Origin: Candidatus Daviesbacteria bacterium
GTDB taxonomy: Bacteria; Patescibacteriota; Microgenomatia; Daviesbacterales; UBA10151
Direction: 5' to 3'
Assembly (NCBI GenBank): GCA_016183245.1
Contig: JACPEY010000033.1
Location: 1 to 52,818 of the forward strand
Length of the DNA: 52,818 nt
Below the pieces are notes generated by a model that saw only the letters and a list, made by a program, of their open reading frames with translations, was not told where the DNA came from and ran no database searches. A program made the position numbers and the translations under genes. Shown here in pieces: positions 35,832 through 45,120 of the stretch; within the stretch, counting starts at the first letter, position 1; every line of letters starts with the position of its first letter.

Positions 35832-37955
35832 ATGGATACAGAAAGAAGAGCAGGAAGAGAAGTTTTGGTTCTTCCCGAGAGAACTTTGGTTTTATGGAGA
35901 GATCCTACTGAGCTATTGAGAGATAATCCTGCAGCCTTGATTATTAACAGGGTTTCCTACGATAGTATGGTAGCCTCTCCTTCAGAGGCCAGATATATGA
36001 GTTCGCCCCCTCATATTGCCAGAGTCAGAATATACACACCAAATGGTGAAGTTGAAACAGAGTTAATAATTGATGGATTAACCAGAACGAAATTTGCAGC
36101 TGATCATAAAGGTCAAATATTGCAGGCTGCTCCTAATATGAAATTCGATCAGATCCGCGTGGTTGATATCACTGATGATCTGTTAAAAGACGAGAGCATT
36201 GTTCCCGAAAAGGAACGCCAAAAGAATCAAACATCTCTTACCTTAATTCAGTATCTGCGAGCGGTGATACCGTGGACAGTTGAGCATCAGGCAATAGCAC
36301 CTGAAAGGATTGCAGGTCATTTGATTAACAGCTGGAGGGGGATGGTAGGTGATGATTTGGCAGCGAAATTTCCTGCACTGGCCGCACTTTCGTTTATCGC
36401 TAATCAAAATATAGATATTAGCACCGAGAGAGGATTTAGGAAATCCTTGGCAGAGCAGGAAAGATTTATAGTTGATGAGAAAAGCGAGGAAAAAGAGAGA
36501 CTGGAAAAGGCCCTTTGTGATATTGCAGAAATCATCCGAAAGTCGGGATTACTTAGAGGAATTGTAGCAGAGTCAGCATATTCTTTAATAGGAACAAAAT
36601 CTGCTGTAATCGGGGGATCAGAAGGAGCGCAAAAAGAAATATTCGGGCTGTTGCACTCCCATAGTTTTGAAAGTAAATTACGCAGGGAATATCTAAACCG
36701 CTTGGCTGAAGCGGAAAGGGTTAGAATTGAATTTTCCAGAGCTTTGCAGGAAACCTTTGCCAGGTTATCAGCAAGCTTACCTGGTAATGAGTCTGAACGC
36801 TCTGAGGCGAGGCGCGCTTTAAATGACATATCCTTAAATATTGAGCAAACTTTACAAATAATTACGGCTGGATCTCCAATGAAAAAATCTAATGAAATTA
36901 AAGTAGATTTAAATAGACAAATCTTAAAAAGATATTACCATGGGTTAACAAAAAAAGGAACTTTAACACAAGATGAGAAGATGCTGATTAATAATCTTGG
37001 TGGACATACCAACCTTGAAGAAACTAAATTGCCGGGGATGGCAGAGGATATCCGTACCGCAGCCACAATTTTGCGCCAAAGCCGGCAGTGGCAGGATAAC
37101 TTAAGAAACGGACTGGATAATATGGTCAATAGGGGAGTTGGTAAGGATACTATTGAACAAGCCTTAGCCTCAATGTCACAGAGACAGGAGACAGTTTTGT
37201 CAGCGGCTACTGAAGGTGCTCTTTCGGAGAGAGCAAGGTTATTGCAAAAAACCGTGGCAGAATTTCAGGAAAAGGTAGGCAGGGAAATACTGCAGTTTGA
37301 AATTGGACAAATTGTCGCTACTGTAATGGAAGAAGAGCTAAAAACTACTAAAGATCTGTATCTGCAGAAAAGGCTTGTGACAATAATAATTGAGGATCGC
37401 AATGTTGATGCCACTGATAAGGCAGCGGTTACAAGATGGATTCAAGGTTTTAGGGCGCTTGATGCACATGTTCAGAAAGAAGTATTACAAGGCAGTATAC
37501 CTATGGCCGCTGCAATCAGGATGCATAAGGTAAGGCAGAGCCTTGATAGACCCCCGGAAGCAAAACCCCCGGAGGCTGTACCTGTTCCTACCGTACCATT
37601 TCAGCTTATTGAAGACTATCCTCAAATCAGTCCGGAAGAGATCAAACACAGAAGAATTGAGAGAAATATTGAAAGATTACAAAGGGAAGTTATTGAAGCC
37701 CATCTTGAGCCGGCAATCAGAATTTTGGCTACACTGGATCTTGCTGCTGAAGAAGTGCCTCTTCCTGTAAAAAAGATTTTGGGGGATGCCGTAAGGATCA
37801 TTGAAAAACTACGATCCGGTCATCCGGATGTGGTTAGAGTGATGGACAAAGATTATAATAATCTTTTGGAAGAAACTGCGCGACTCAGAAGTATGATAGC
37901 AACTATACAAAGACAGCAGGCAGACCGCGATACCTATTCAGGTCAAAACAGTTAA
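35832..37955 (+). CDS. Large helical protein with ParB/Srx-like N-terminal motif
   Basis: PPHIARV...LIIDGLTRTKFA resembles the ParB IIDG..R motif; coiled-coil C terminus. Confidence 0.6.
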   Translation: MDTERRAGREVLVLPERTLVLWRDPTELLRDNPAALIINRVSYDSMVASPSEARYMSSPPHIARVRIYTPNGEVETELIIDGLTRTKFAADHKGQILQAAPNMKFDQIRVVDITDDLLKDESIVPEKERQKNQTSLTLIQYLRAVIPWTVEHQAIAPERIAGHLINSWRGMVGDDLAAKFPALAALSFIANQNIDISTERGFRKSLAEQERFIVDEKSEEKERLEKALCDIAEIIRKSGLLRGIVAESAYSLIGTKSAVIGGSEGAQKEIFGLLHSHSFESKLRREYLNRLAEAERVRIEFSRALQETFARLSASLPGNESERSEARRALNDISLNIEQTLQIITAGSPMKKSNEIKVDLNRQILKRYYHGLTKKGTLTQDEKMLINNLGGHTNLEETKLPGMAEDIRTAATILRQSRQWQDNLRNGLDNMVNRGVGKDTIEQALASMSQRQETVLSAATEGALSERARLLQKTVAEFQEKVGREILQFEIGQIVATVMEEELKTTKDLYLQKRLVTIIIEDRNVDATDKAAVTRWIQGFRALDAHVQKEVLQGSIPMAAAIRMHKVRQSLDRPPEAKPPEAVPVPTVPFQLIEDYPQISPEEIKHRRIERNIERLQREVIEAHLEPAIRILATLDLAAEEVPLPVKKILGDAVRIIEKLRSGHPDVVRVMDKDYNNLLEETARLRSMIATIQRQQADRDTYSGQNS

Positions 37956-37984
37956 GTTTTTTATTCTTCAGGAGGATTTATCTT

Positions 37985-38995
37985 ATGTCACCAGAGGGAT
38001 TAAATAGAGGGGAAAAATTATTAGGATATGTTCAGGAAAGTATCCGGAGGCTTGAAGCAGGTGAAATTACTAGATTACCAACCGGTCAAGCTTTAGCTAA
38101 TCAATTTGGATATGAACAATATCCATCTGTATATTCACTACTTAAAAGGCATGGAATTAAATTGAGTCAATATGAAGTTCCTTTCAGACCTCCAGAACCA
38201 TCAGTAGATTTAGCGTGGTTTCTAGGAACTTTATCTAATGGGGGATATGTGCACAGCAACGGTAATATCCGAATGATGGGTGCTGATAGGAATGTACTGG
38301 AGAAATTTAGGTTACTAACAGATAGTTTATTCTCTTTAAATACATACGAGGATCACTCCGGTACTGGAAAAGAATTAGGGTATGCTTTTAATAGCAGAAA
38401 AGTAGCCAGATTTTTAGGAGATTTGAGGTCTGATGCCTGGGCTGGAACAATTTCGTCTACTCATCCCTGGGTAGTAATGAATCCCAGATATATTTGGGGT
38501 TTTGTAACAGGATTTTTTGACAGGATAGGAAAAGTAATCATTGATGAGGATAGAGGGCACTATATTGTTACATTACCAACTTCATCACAAGGAGGGGCAA
38601 GTCTGCTGGCCGAGATGCTGGTTCGGGTTGATATACGGAAACCAAGTATTCAGAATAAACTTGGAAAAACTAAAGATGTATCAATTTTTAACTTGATGGA
38701 TATAAGATTATTCGCTCAACACGTTCATTCTGTTGTTCCTGAGAAGGAAGCAAATTTGGAGTATTATCGAGAAAGGTTTCCAAAGAGGTTCAGAATTACA
38801 GAGGACAGTATGATTCAAGAATGGAAAGATATGAGTGAGGTACTTGGACATGCTCCTACTATGGTTGATATAGATGAATTCTATAAGGCAGGAAAGATTA
38901 CTACTTCATTGACAACTTTTAGGAGAAGATTTGGGAATGGGAGTTTTGTTAAAGCCAGAGAAGAGCTGGAAAGAATTATTAGGAACGGCCAGTAA
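37985..38995 (+). CDS. HTH + degenerate two-motif LAGLIDADG + homing-endonuclease-associated repeat protein
   Basis: DLAWFLGTLSNGGYV and IWGFVTGFFDRIGKV; C-terminal LGHAPT...TFRRRFGNGSF; SD GGAGG. Confidence 0.7.
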   Translation: MSPEGLNRGEKLLGYVQESIRRLEAGEITRLPTGQALANQFGYEQYPSVYSLLKRHGIKLSQYEVPFRPPEPSVDLAWFLGTLSNGGYVHSNGNIRMMGADRNVLEKFRLLTDSLFSLNTYEDHSGTGKELGYAFNSRKVARFLGDLRSDAWAGTISSTHPWVVMNPRYIWGFVTGFFDRIGKVIIDEDRGHYIVTLPTSSQGGASLLAEMLVRVDIRKPSIQNKLGKTKDVSIFNLMDIRLFAQHVHSVVPEKEANLEYYRERFPKRFRITEDSMIQEWKDMSEVLGHAPTMVDIDEFYKAGKITTSLTTFRRRFGNGSFVKAREELERIIRNGQ

Positions 38996-39044
38996 GGATT
39001 TAATAATAGATAAATATACAGGGCTGCAATAAGTTTGTCAGTTT

Positions 39045-39078
39045 ACATTAATATTACGGCCGTAGTATTAATGTTTTT
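39045..39078 (+). terminator. Terminator-like hairpin after the LAGLIDADG-like gene
   Basis: ACATTAATATTAC-GGCC-GTAGTATTAATGT followed by TTTT. Confidence 0.6.
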
Positions 39079-39130
39079 GCATTGCCGATGCCAGCCTTTG
39101 CAGGCAGATTTTCATGGTATAATTAGCTTT

Positions 39131-39337
39131 ATGGCAGCTATTGATTGGACTCATATCTATAAAAAATATAAAGGCCTGTGGGTGGCTTTGGAAAATGATG
39201 AGGTAACTGTTATTTCCGCTGGAAAAAGTTTGGAGGAAACATCCAAAAAGGCTGAAAAAAAAGGCTTTAAAGAACCCATTTTCTATTTTGTGCCAAAAAA
39301 AATGACATACTTTGTTGGTAAGATAACAAAAAAGTGA
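39131..39337 (+). CDS. DUF5678-like small protein (start MAAIDW)
   Basis: KKYKGLWVAL...VISAGKSLEE...AEKKGFKEP; extended -10 box 7 nt upstream. Confidence 0.75.
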   Translation: MAAIDWTHIYKKYKGLWVALENDEVTVISAGKSLEETSKKAEKKGFKEPIFYFVPKKMTYFVGKITKK

Positions 39338-39747
39338 AATTTAAATATAGAGAAGTTAATTTAGCTGCACCTTTTTCCACAAAAAGAAGACTTTTAAGAC
39401 CAATAATCCCAGTAAGTTTGAGATATAAAAGGCAGGCAATTTATTATGAAGCGCTCATTGATTCTGGAGCTGATTTTTGTATTTTTCCTACTGAAATTGC
39501 CCAGAAATTGGACATGGATTTTAAGAAGGCAAAAAAGGTTTATTTCTCAGGAGCAACAGGAGAACCGATACAGGGAGTAGTTGGAAAGTTATTTCTACAA
39601 GTTGGAGAAATAGCCTTTAAGACAAGGATTGTCTTTGCGGATCTTTCCAGTAAGGTGGCTTTACTTGGTCAATATGGCTTCTTTAATCTGTGTAAAGTGA
39701 AGTTCGATCTTGAAAGTGCAGAAATTGAGATAGAACACAAGAATTAA
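39334..39747 (+). CDS. Retropepsin-like aspartyl protease
   Basis: PIIPV...ALIDSGADF...LLGQ.GFF. Confidence 0.82.
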   Translation: MKFKYREVNLAAPFSTKRRLLRPIIPVSLRYKRQAIYYEALIDSGADFCIFPTEIAQKLDMDFKKAKKVYFSGATGEPIQGVVGKLFLQVGEIAFKTRIVFADLSSKVALLGQYGFFNLCKVKFDLESAEIEIEHKN

Positions 39748-41528
39748 TTTTCTTTTGTCCCCACTAAAAATACAGCCTGCCAGGGTCTGTAAACTGATTT
39801 CCAGGTTTCAGAGATTAAAGTTTCGTTCCCTCTTACTACGGTTCTGGTAAAGGTAACGGTTGCTCCCTGGGCTGCCCAGTCAACCTGTTTTACAGTGCCT
39901 TTTGGCAAAGCCGGGTCATCCTGTCTAAGTTCCGTAGGTGCCGGGATCAAATTAGTAACTTGGGACTTGGATAAGATAGATGTTCTGCCGTCTGGTGTAC
40001 CGTATAAATCAACATACAGGGTAGTACCGGAAGTATATGCCTGGATTAAGATATGATTTGACGTATCATTTTTAAATTGAAAATCAACACTCGGATAAAA
40101 AATTGTAGCATCAAGGCCAGGAGGAAATCCCTGTTCATAGTAACTGACTCTATAAGCATGGGCTGTTCTTTTAATAACAGGCAGTCCGGCATTTAAAACT
40201 GCCCTAAAAAGTGTGGTTGAATCCTGGCAGACTCCGCCCCCGTCATCTAAAACAGTCCTGCCTTCTTTAATAACATAAGCCTGTTTAAAACCTGTTGCTG
40301 CAGAAATGTCTCCGACTGTTTTATTAAAAGAAAAAGTTTCACCCGGTGGTACCAGCACCCCGTTAATTCTGGTGGCAGTTAAGCCAATATTGTAGATCCT
40401 GTTAGGGATTGATCCGGCAAAGTTAGAAATCCCCCTTCCCAGAAGCTCTTTAATCCCTAAACTATTAACATTTGAGGTTTCTATTTTGGGTTTGACGATA
40501 TCAACAGGCAGGGTGATGGTTTTTAGAGAACCTGCAAGCAGGGACTCCGAAATAAGGTCAAAGGTTTTATCAACATCCAATTTCCGTCCTTCCCGGGAAG
40601 GCTTAAAAGCGTTTACTCTTTTTGTATCAGGATTGAATTCAAATAATCCTTCCTGGACTTCAGTGTCAATTTCCTGGGCAAGTTTTTTTAGATAAGTGTT
40701 GCCTTGATCTTGATCCAGCAAAGAAGTGCCTTTTTTAAAATCTAGTAAGGTCAACAGTTGTTTAGCATCTAAAACAAAAGTCTTGTTATCAAATGTCAAT
40801 TTGACTGGTTCTTTTAATACTGTGTCTAAAACATCTTTGGCACGGGTGACGTGACTGGTGGTAATTTGGGGAGGTATAGTTTTAGCAGGCAATAGGGGAG
40901 AATATTTGCCGGTCAAAAGGAAATCTTTGATTATCTTTTCCGTGCCTTCTTTATCTAAGGCCAGACCATCAACACTTTCTTTGATCTGAATGCGGGCAGA
41001 AGAGCTGCTTTCAGGTTCCGGTGTTTCGTCAAAAATCAGCTGGGCATTTTGTGGAGGAAGATCAATTTGTGAAGCTACAGCATTAAATTGTTTTTCTAAA
41101 GATAAAGCTATTTTTGGGGAAATTCTGGATGCAAAAAAGAGGGAATATGCTTGAGAGTTTATTTGATCCCAAGGCGTGCCGCTGTGGCTTTGCCTGAAAT
41201 TACTATCCAGTGAGGAATAATCCAGGGAAGCAGAGGAGGTAGCTAAATCAATGGTAAATGTTTGTCCTGATTTGCTGGCAGCGGAGAAATTAAACTGCAG
41301 TTTTTGCCGGGATCTTTTTTGAAAACTTAATTGGACTTTTTGAATTGCCTGGCCTTCTGTTAAAAAAGAAATATTGGTATCTCCCACAAAAGTCTGGGGG
41401 TAATATTTATCTGCCAGGAATGATTCAACAGTGATGATTGTCAAAACAAAAAGCACAATAAATAAAATAACCGGCAGGAGGTTTTTTTTAACAAATTGAA
41501 AATGCGCGATTTTTTTAGCTTTAGCCAT
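39744..41528 (-). CDS. VanW-family protein with peptidoglycan-binding repeats
   Basis: NGVLVPPGETFSFN, GGGVCQDSTTLFRA and GLDATIF motifs; N-terminal TM helix. Confidence 0.92.
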   Translation of the reverse strand: MAKAKKIAHFQFVKKNLLPVILFIVLFVLTIITVESFLADKYYPQTFVGDTNISFLTEGQAIQKVQLSFQKRSRQKLQFNFSAASKSGQTFTIDLATSSASLDYSSLDSNFRQSHSGTPWDQINSQAYSLFFASRISPKIALSLEKQFNAVASQIDLPPQNAQLIFDETPEPESSSSARIQIKESVDGLALDKEGTEKIIKDFLLTGKYSPLLPAKTIPPQITTSHVTRAKDVLDTVLKEPVKLTFDNKTFVLDAKQLLTLLDFKKGTSLLDQDQGNTYLKKLAQEIDTEVQEGLFEFNPDTKRVNAFKPSREGRKLDVDKTFDLISESLLAGSLKTITLPVDIVKPKIETSNVNSLGIKELLGRGISNFAGSIPNRIYNIGLTATRINGVLVPPGETFSFNKTVGDISAATGFKQAYVIKEGRTVLDDGGGVCQDSTTLFRAVLNAGLPVIKRTAHAYRVSYYEQGFPPGLDATIFYPSVDFQFKNDTSNHILIQAYTSGTTLYVDLYGTPDGRTSILSKSQVTNLIPAPTELRQDDPALPKGTVKQVDWAAQGATVTFTRTVVRGNETLISETWKSVYRPWQAVFLVGTKEN

Positions 41529-41567
41529 GCCGCTATTGTATCGTTTTAGGGTATAATTTACAAAGAA

Positions 41568-42881
41568 ATGAAAAAGATTATCATCATTGTGCTTGTCCTG
41601 AGTATTATCATAGGACTTATAATCTGGAAATTTGGGTCAAGCATTTCTTTTTTTAATAAACCAAAACCACAAGGTCCGATAACTTTAACTTACTGGGGGC
41701 TTTGGGAGGATAATACTTTAATTGGACCCGCAGTTGCCGAATACCAAAAGCAGAACCCGAATATCGTAATAAATTACGAACGTAAATCGTCCGTAAATTA
41801 CAGAACCAGGGTGCAAACTCAAATCAGGGAAGGGGTAGGGCCGGATATTTTCAGGATTCACAATTCCTGGCTGCCTATGTTTACTTCTGATCTGGCCCCT
41901 GCTCCTTTGGAAGTCTTTACTTTACCCGATTTTAAAAACACATTTTATCCGGTGGCAGCAGACAGTTTTGTGAAGAATAGTCAAATTTATGGCGCGCCGA
42001 TGGAAATAGATGGTTTGGCCCTTTTTTATAACGAAGAGATGCTTTTGGGGATTGGGGGTCAACCGCCGAAAAATTGGCAGGAGTTTATAGATCTGGCAGT
42101 AAAAATGACTGTCAAAGATGCCACCGGTAACATCCAAACTGCGGGTGCTGCCTTAGGAACTGCCGGGAATGTTGACCACTGGCCGGATGTTTTAGGGTTG
42201 CTGATTTTGCAGCAGCCGGGTGCTGATTTTAATAATTTGGCAACTTCCCAAGCTGCAGAAGTATTAAGGTTTTATACCGGTTTTGTGACAGATCCCCGGA
42301 AAAAAACATGGGATGTGAATCTGCCAAAATCAACAGATATGTTTGCCCAGGGGAGATTAGGTTTTTATTTTGCTCCTTCCTGGAGGGCACATGAGCTGCG
42401 AATTGCCAACCCCAACTTAAAATTTAAGGTAGCACCGGTGCCGCAGCTTTCCGGCAAGAATGTGGGTTGGGCTACTTTTTGGGGTGAGGTAGTATCGGTA
42501 AAATCTCAAAATCCAGCAGAAGCCTGGAAATTTGTCAAATATTTAACCTCTGCTGAGGCAGAGAGGCTAGTTTACCAGCAGGCTTCACAAATCAGGTTAT
42601 TTGGTGAGCCTTATTCGCAAGTTAGCCTATCAAACGAACTTGCTGCTGACCCGATTGTGGGAGCCTTTGTTACTCAGGGTCCGATTTATAAAACCTGGTA
42701 CTTATCATCAAACACTTTTGATAACGGAATCAATGATGAGATGATCAAATATTTTGAAGACGGGATAAATGCAACGTTGGCAGGAACTGATCCGCAAAAT
42801 GCTTTGCAGACAGTTGACCAGGGAGTCAAACAGGTTCTGGATAAATACACCAAGCCTCAGCCAGTTCCAACTACCAGATAG
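41568..42881 (+). CDS. Sugar-type ABC extracellular solute-binding protein
   Basis: LTYWGLWE, GPDIF, LALFYNEE, PKNWQEF and EAWKFVKYL motifs. Confidence 0.9.
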   Translation: MKKIIIIVLVLSIIIGLIIWKFGSSISFFNKPKPQGPITLTYWGLWEDNTLIGPAVAEYQKQNPNIVINYERKSSVNYRTRVQTQIREGVGPDIFRIHNSWLPMFTSDLAPAPLEVFTLPDFKNTFYPVAADSFVKNSQIYGAPMEIDGLALFYNEEMLLGIGGQPPKNWQEFIDLAVKMTVKDATGNIQTAGAALGTAGNVDHWPDVLGLLILQQPGADFNNLATSQAAEVLRFYTGFVTDPRKKTWDVNLPKSTDMFAQGRLGFYFAPSWRAHELRIANPNLKFKVAPVPQLSGKNVGWATFWGEVVSVKSQNPAEAWKFVKYLTSAEAERLVYQQASQIRLFGEPYSQVSLSNELAADPIVGAFVTQGPIYKTWYLSSNTFDNGINDEMIKYFEDGINATLAGTDPQNALQTVDQGVKQVLDKYTKPQPVPTTR

Positions 42882-42954
42882 TACAAAATATTATTGCTGA
42901 ATTTTTATACGAAGAAATATTAATAGAAATTTGGTTGAATTTTTCAGTCGGTGT

Positions 42955-43158
42955 TTACTTTAGACCCGCTTCTTTTTCCAGGTCTTCAAAAACGCAGTTG
43001 AGTATATAGCGGGCTGTGGCAAGAGAAAGCTGCTCTTCGGTTAGTTGAATCAGATTCCCGGGGGTTATTGATGGCGCACTAGCTCGCTCCGTGAGAACAG
43101 ATTTCACGATCTCGGGTTCTTTTTGGTTGGATCCTAGTCTTTCTGGCATATTTGGCAT
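42955..43158 (-). CDS. Small hypothetical protein
   Basis: ORF with TTGACA-18-TAAAAT upstream on the minus strand. Confidence 0.45.
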   Translation of the reverse strand: MPNMPERLGSNQKEPEIVKSVLTERASAPSITPGNLIQLTEEQLSLATARYILNCVFEDLEKEAGLK

Positions 43159-43279
43159 AATGTTTTGGCAACTTTACCTTGCTGCTGCATTTTACCAAAC
43201 GGTTGTCTGCTTTGTCAAATCGACTCGACGACGATCGGGCCATGTTTGTTGCATACTGATTTTATGGTAAAATGAATTT

Positions 43280-43552
43280 ATGCAAAAGAGGATTTTAAAT
43301 TACAGAATTATTATAGAACCGGAAAAAATGGGTAGGAAAACTGTTTACAATGCCTATTGCCCGACTTTGGGTGTAGCCGACTATGGCGATTCAATCGATG
43401 AAGCTTTAAAGAGCATTAAGGATGGCATTGAATTGGCTATAGAATGTATGAAAGATGAGGGAAAAGAGATCCCTATGGATAATACAGAAGAACAGGTAGT
43501 CATAACAACTAAAGTTAAAGCTCCGCCTGATGCCAGAATAGTTGTGGTATGA
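43280..43552 (+). CDS. hicB: HicB-family antitoxin
   Basis: YNAYCPTLGVADYGDSIDEALKSIKDGIE. Confidence 0.9.
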   Translation: MQKRILNYRIIIEPEKMGRKTVYNAYCPTLGVADYGDSIDEALKSIKDGIELAIECMKDEGKEIPMDNTEEQVVITTKVKAPPDARIVVV

Positions 43553-43773
43553 ACAAACTGCCGCGTAATATTAAACCCTTACGCCTAATAAAATTCCTAA
43601 TAAAATATGGTTTTAGAAAAGGTAAAGGTAAGGGGAGTCATATCAGGCTTACTCATTCAGATGGTCATTGGACTCAAGTGGCAGTACACCCTGGACCAGT
43701 CCCGGCAGGAACGTTAAGGAAAATTATCAAACAGACAGGATTGAGCGATGATCAATTAAAAGACTTGAAGTAA
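43549..43773 (+). CDS. hicA: HicA-family toxin
   Basis: GF...KGSH.......V.VH...GTLRKIIKQ. Confidence 0.9.
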   Translation: MNKLPRNIKPLRLIKFLIKYGFRKGKGKGSHIRLTHSDGHWTQVAVHPGPVPAGTLRKIIKQTGLSDDQLKDLK

Positions 43774-43775
43774 GT

Positions 43776-44102
43776 ATGTTTAAAATTGTCACTTTTGTGC
43801 CGGTTGCTGATGCCCAAAAAGTAAGAATGGCTATGGGGGATGCCGGAGCAGGAGTTTTGGGAAATTATCATCATGCCTCTTTTTCTACCAAAGGGGTAGG
43901 AAGGTTTATTCCGGGAAAAGGTGCAAAACCGGCAATTGGAGAGATCGGGAGATTGGAAGAGGTGAAGGAAGAAAGAATTGAAGTAATTTGCCGGAAAGAA
44001 AAAGTTAAGGATGTAGTGGCAGCAATTAAAGCAGTTCACCCTTACGAAGAAATCCCTCTGGAAGTTTATCAATTGATAGATGTAAATGATGGAGTAGCAT
44101 GA
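43776..44102 (+). CDS. Stand-alone NIF3/YqfO PII-like domain protein
   Basis: KIVTFVP, AGAGVLGNY and VHPYEE motifs. Confidence 0.88.
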   Translation: MFKIVTFVPVADAQKVRMAMGDAGAGVLGNYHHASFSTKGVGRFIPGKGAKPAIGEIGRLEEVKEERIEVICRKEKVKDVVAAIKAVHPYEEIPLEVYQLIDVNDGVA

Positions 44103-45073
44103 GCAACTAAAAATTGTCCTCGATTACAGGCAAAAGTAGGAATACGATTCGTTAGAACTGGATCTAACATTGCCCTGAGAATGCTTGGTAATTGTTGAGG
44201 CAGACTCAGGATGCCAGTTATCCTGTCTACTGTAAAGCCAGCTTTGCAAAGAGCTTGATATAATTCTGGAGAAGTAAAGTTATAATAATATAATTTTTCT
44301 TTTTCACCATTAAGGTCATGATATCCGGAGCGGAAGTTTCCTCTGTGTTCATCTGGGAATGTACCAATTACTAAAGAAAATATATCAGCAGGATGACGCC
44401 GGATATCTCGTCCGGTAGCCTTTAGGTTATAAACAGACATTGCCAGATGTCCCTCTGGAGTTAAGGAATTTTTTATATCAGTTAAACACGCAACATGCGT
44501 CTCTGGTTTGAGGTGTTCTAATACTTGAGCAAATAAAGCGACATCAAACTTTTTAGGTTGAAGCGGCAAAGCAGTGGCATCAGCAACAACGTAGTCAATT
44601 CTACTTGCCACATCTGGAGGAAGAGTGGTTTGGGCTATTGTAGCGTTTAAAAGTAACATCTCGGGAGAAAGATCAATAGCTACTACTTGTCCTGCTCTTT
44701 GAGCCAGATCATGCGTATATCGTTTGCCAGGACCGGCTCCTATATCTACTACCACGGTATGCGAAGAAAAATTAACTCCTTGATATAATGCCTTTCTTTC
44801 TTGTTTTGTTTCATAAGGAGCTTTAGTCTTTTCATAACCAGTAGCGTCTTCGTCCCGGGCTGTTTGTTCAGAAAGTGAATGCAAACTAAGGTGGGGGGGC
44901 AACAAAAAGGCTATTCCGTCTTGTATTGGGTAAGCTGTTTGACAATCAGGGCAACATAATCGGGCCTTAAATATCCGTGATCCTTGCCATTCGGCACCGG
45001 ATATATCGTCTTGACCAAAGGGTCGCCTGTCTGTTGGACATGCAAGTTTATTTGTGATAGTTTCCTCTTTCAT
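44069..45073 (-). CDS. Trm112-like Zn-ribbon fused to a class I SAM-dependent methyltransferase
   Basis: LACP...CPDC..YPIQDGI; VDIGAGPG, AIDLSPEML, ADATALP and QVLEH motifs. Confidence 0.85.
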   Translation of the reverse strand: MKEETITNKLACPTDRRPFGQDDISGAEWQGSRIFKARLCCPDCQTAYPIQDGIAFLLPPHLSLHSLSEQTARDEDATGYEKTKAPYETKQERKALYQGVNFSSHTVVVDIGAGPGKRYTHDLAQRAGQVVAIDLSPEMLLLNATIAQTTLPPDVASRIDYVVADATALPLQPKKFDVALFAQVLEHLKPETHVACLTDIKNSLTPEGHLAMSVYNLKATGRDIRRHPADIFSLVIGTFPDEHRGNFRSGYHDLNGEKEKLYYYNFTSPELYQALCKAGFTVDRITGILSLPQQLPSILRAMLDPVLTNRIPTFACNRGQFLVAHATPSFTSIN

Positions 45074-45120
45074 GGACGGGAATTATATCATTTTTCTCTC
45101 TAAAACGCTATGCTAATGCT

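Noticed and set aside
37985..38995. Intein or group I intron-encoded homing endonuclease
   Set aside because: Free-standing ORF with its own SD and stop; no N-terminal Cys/Ser or C-terminal His-Asn splicing motifs; no interrupted host gene
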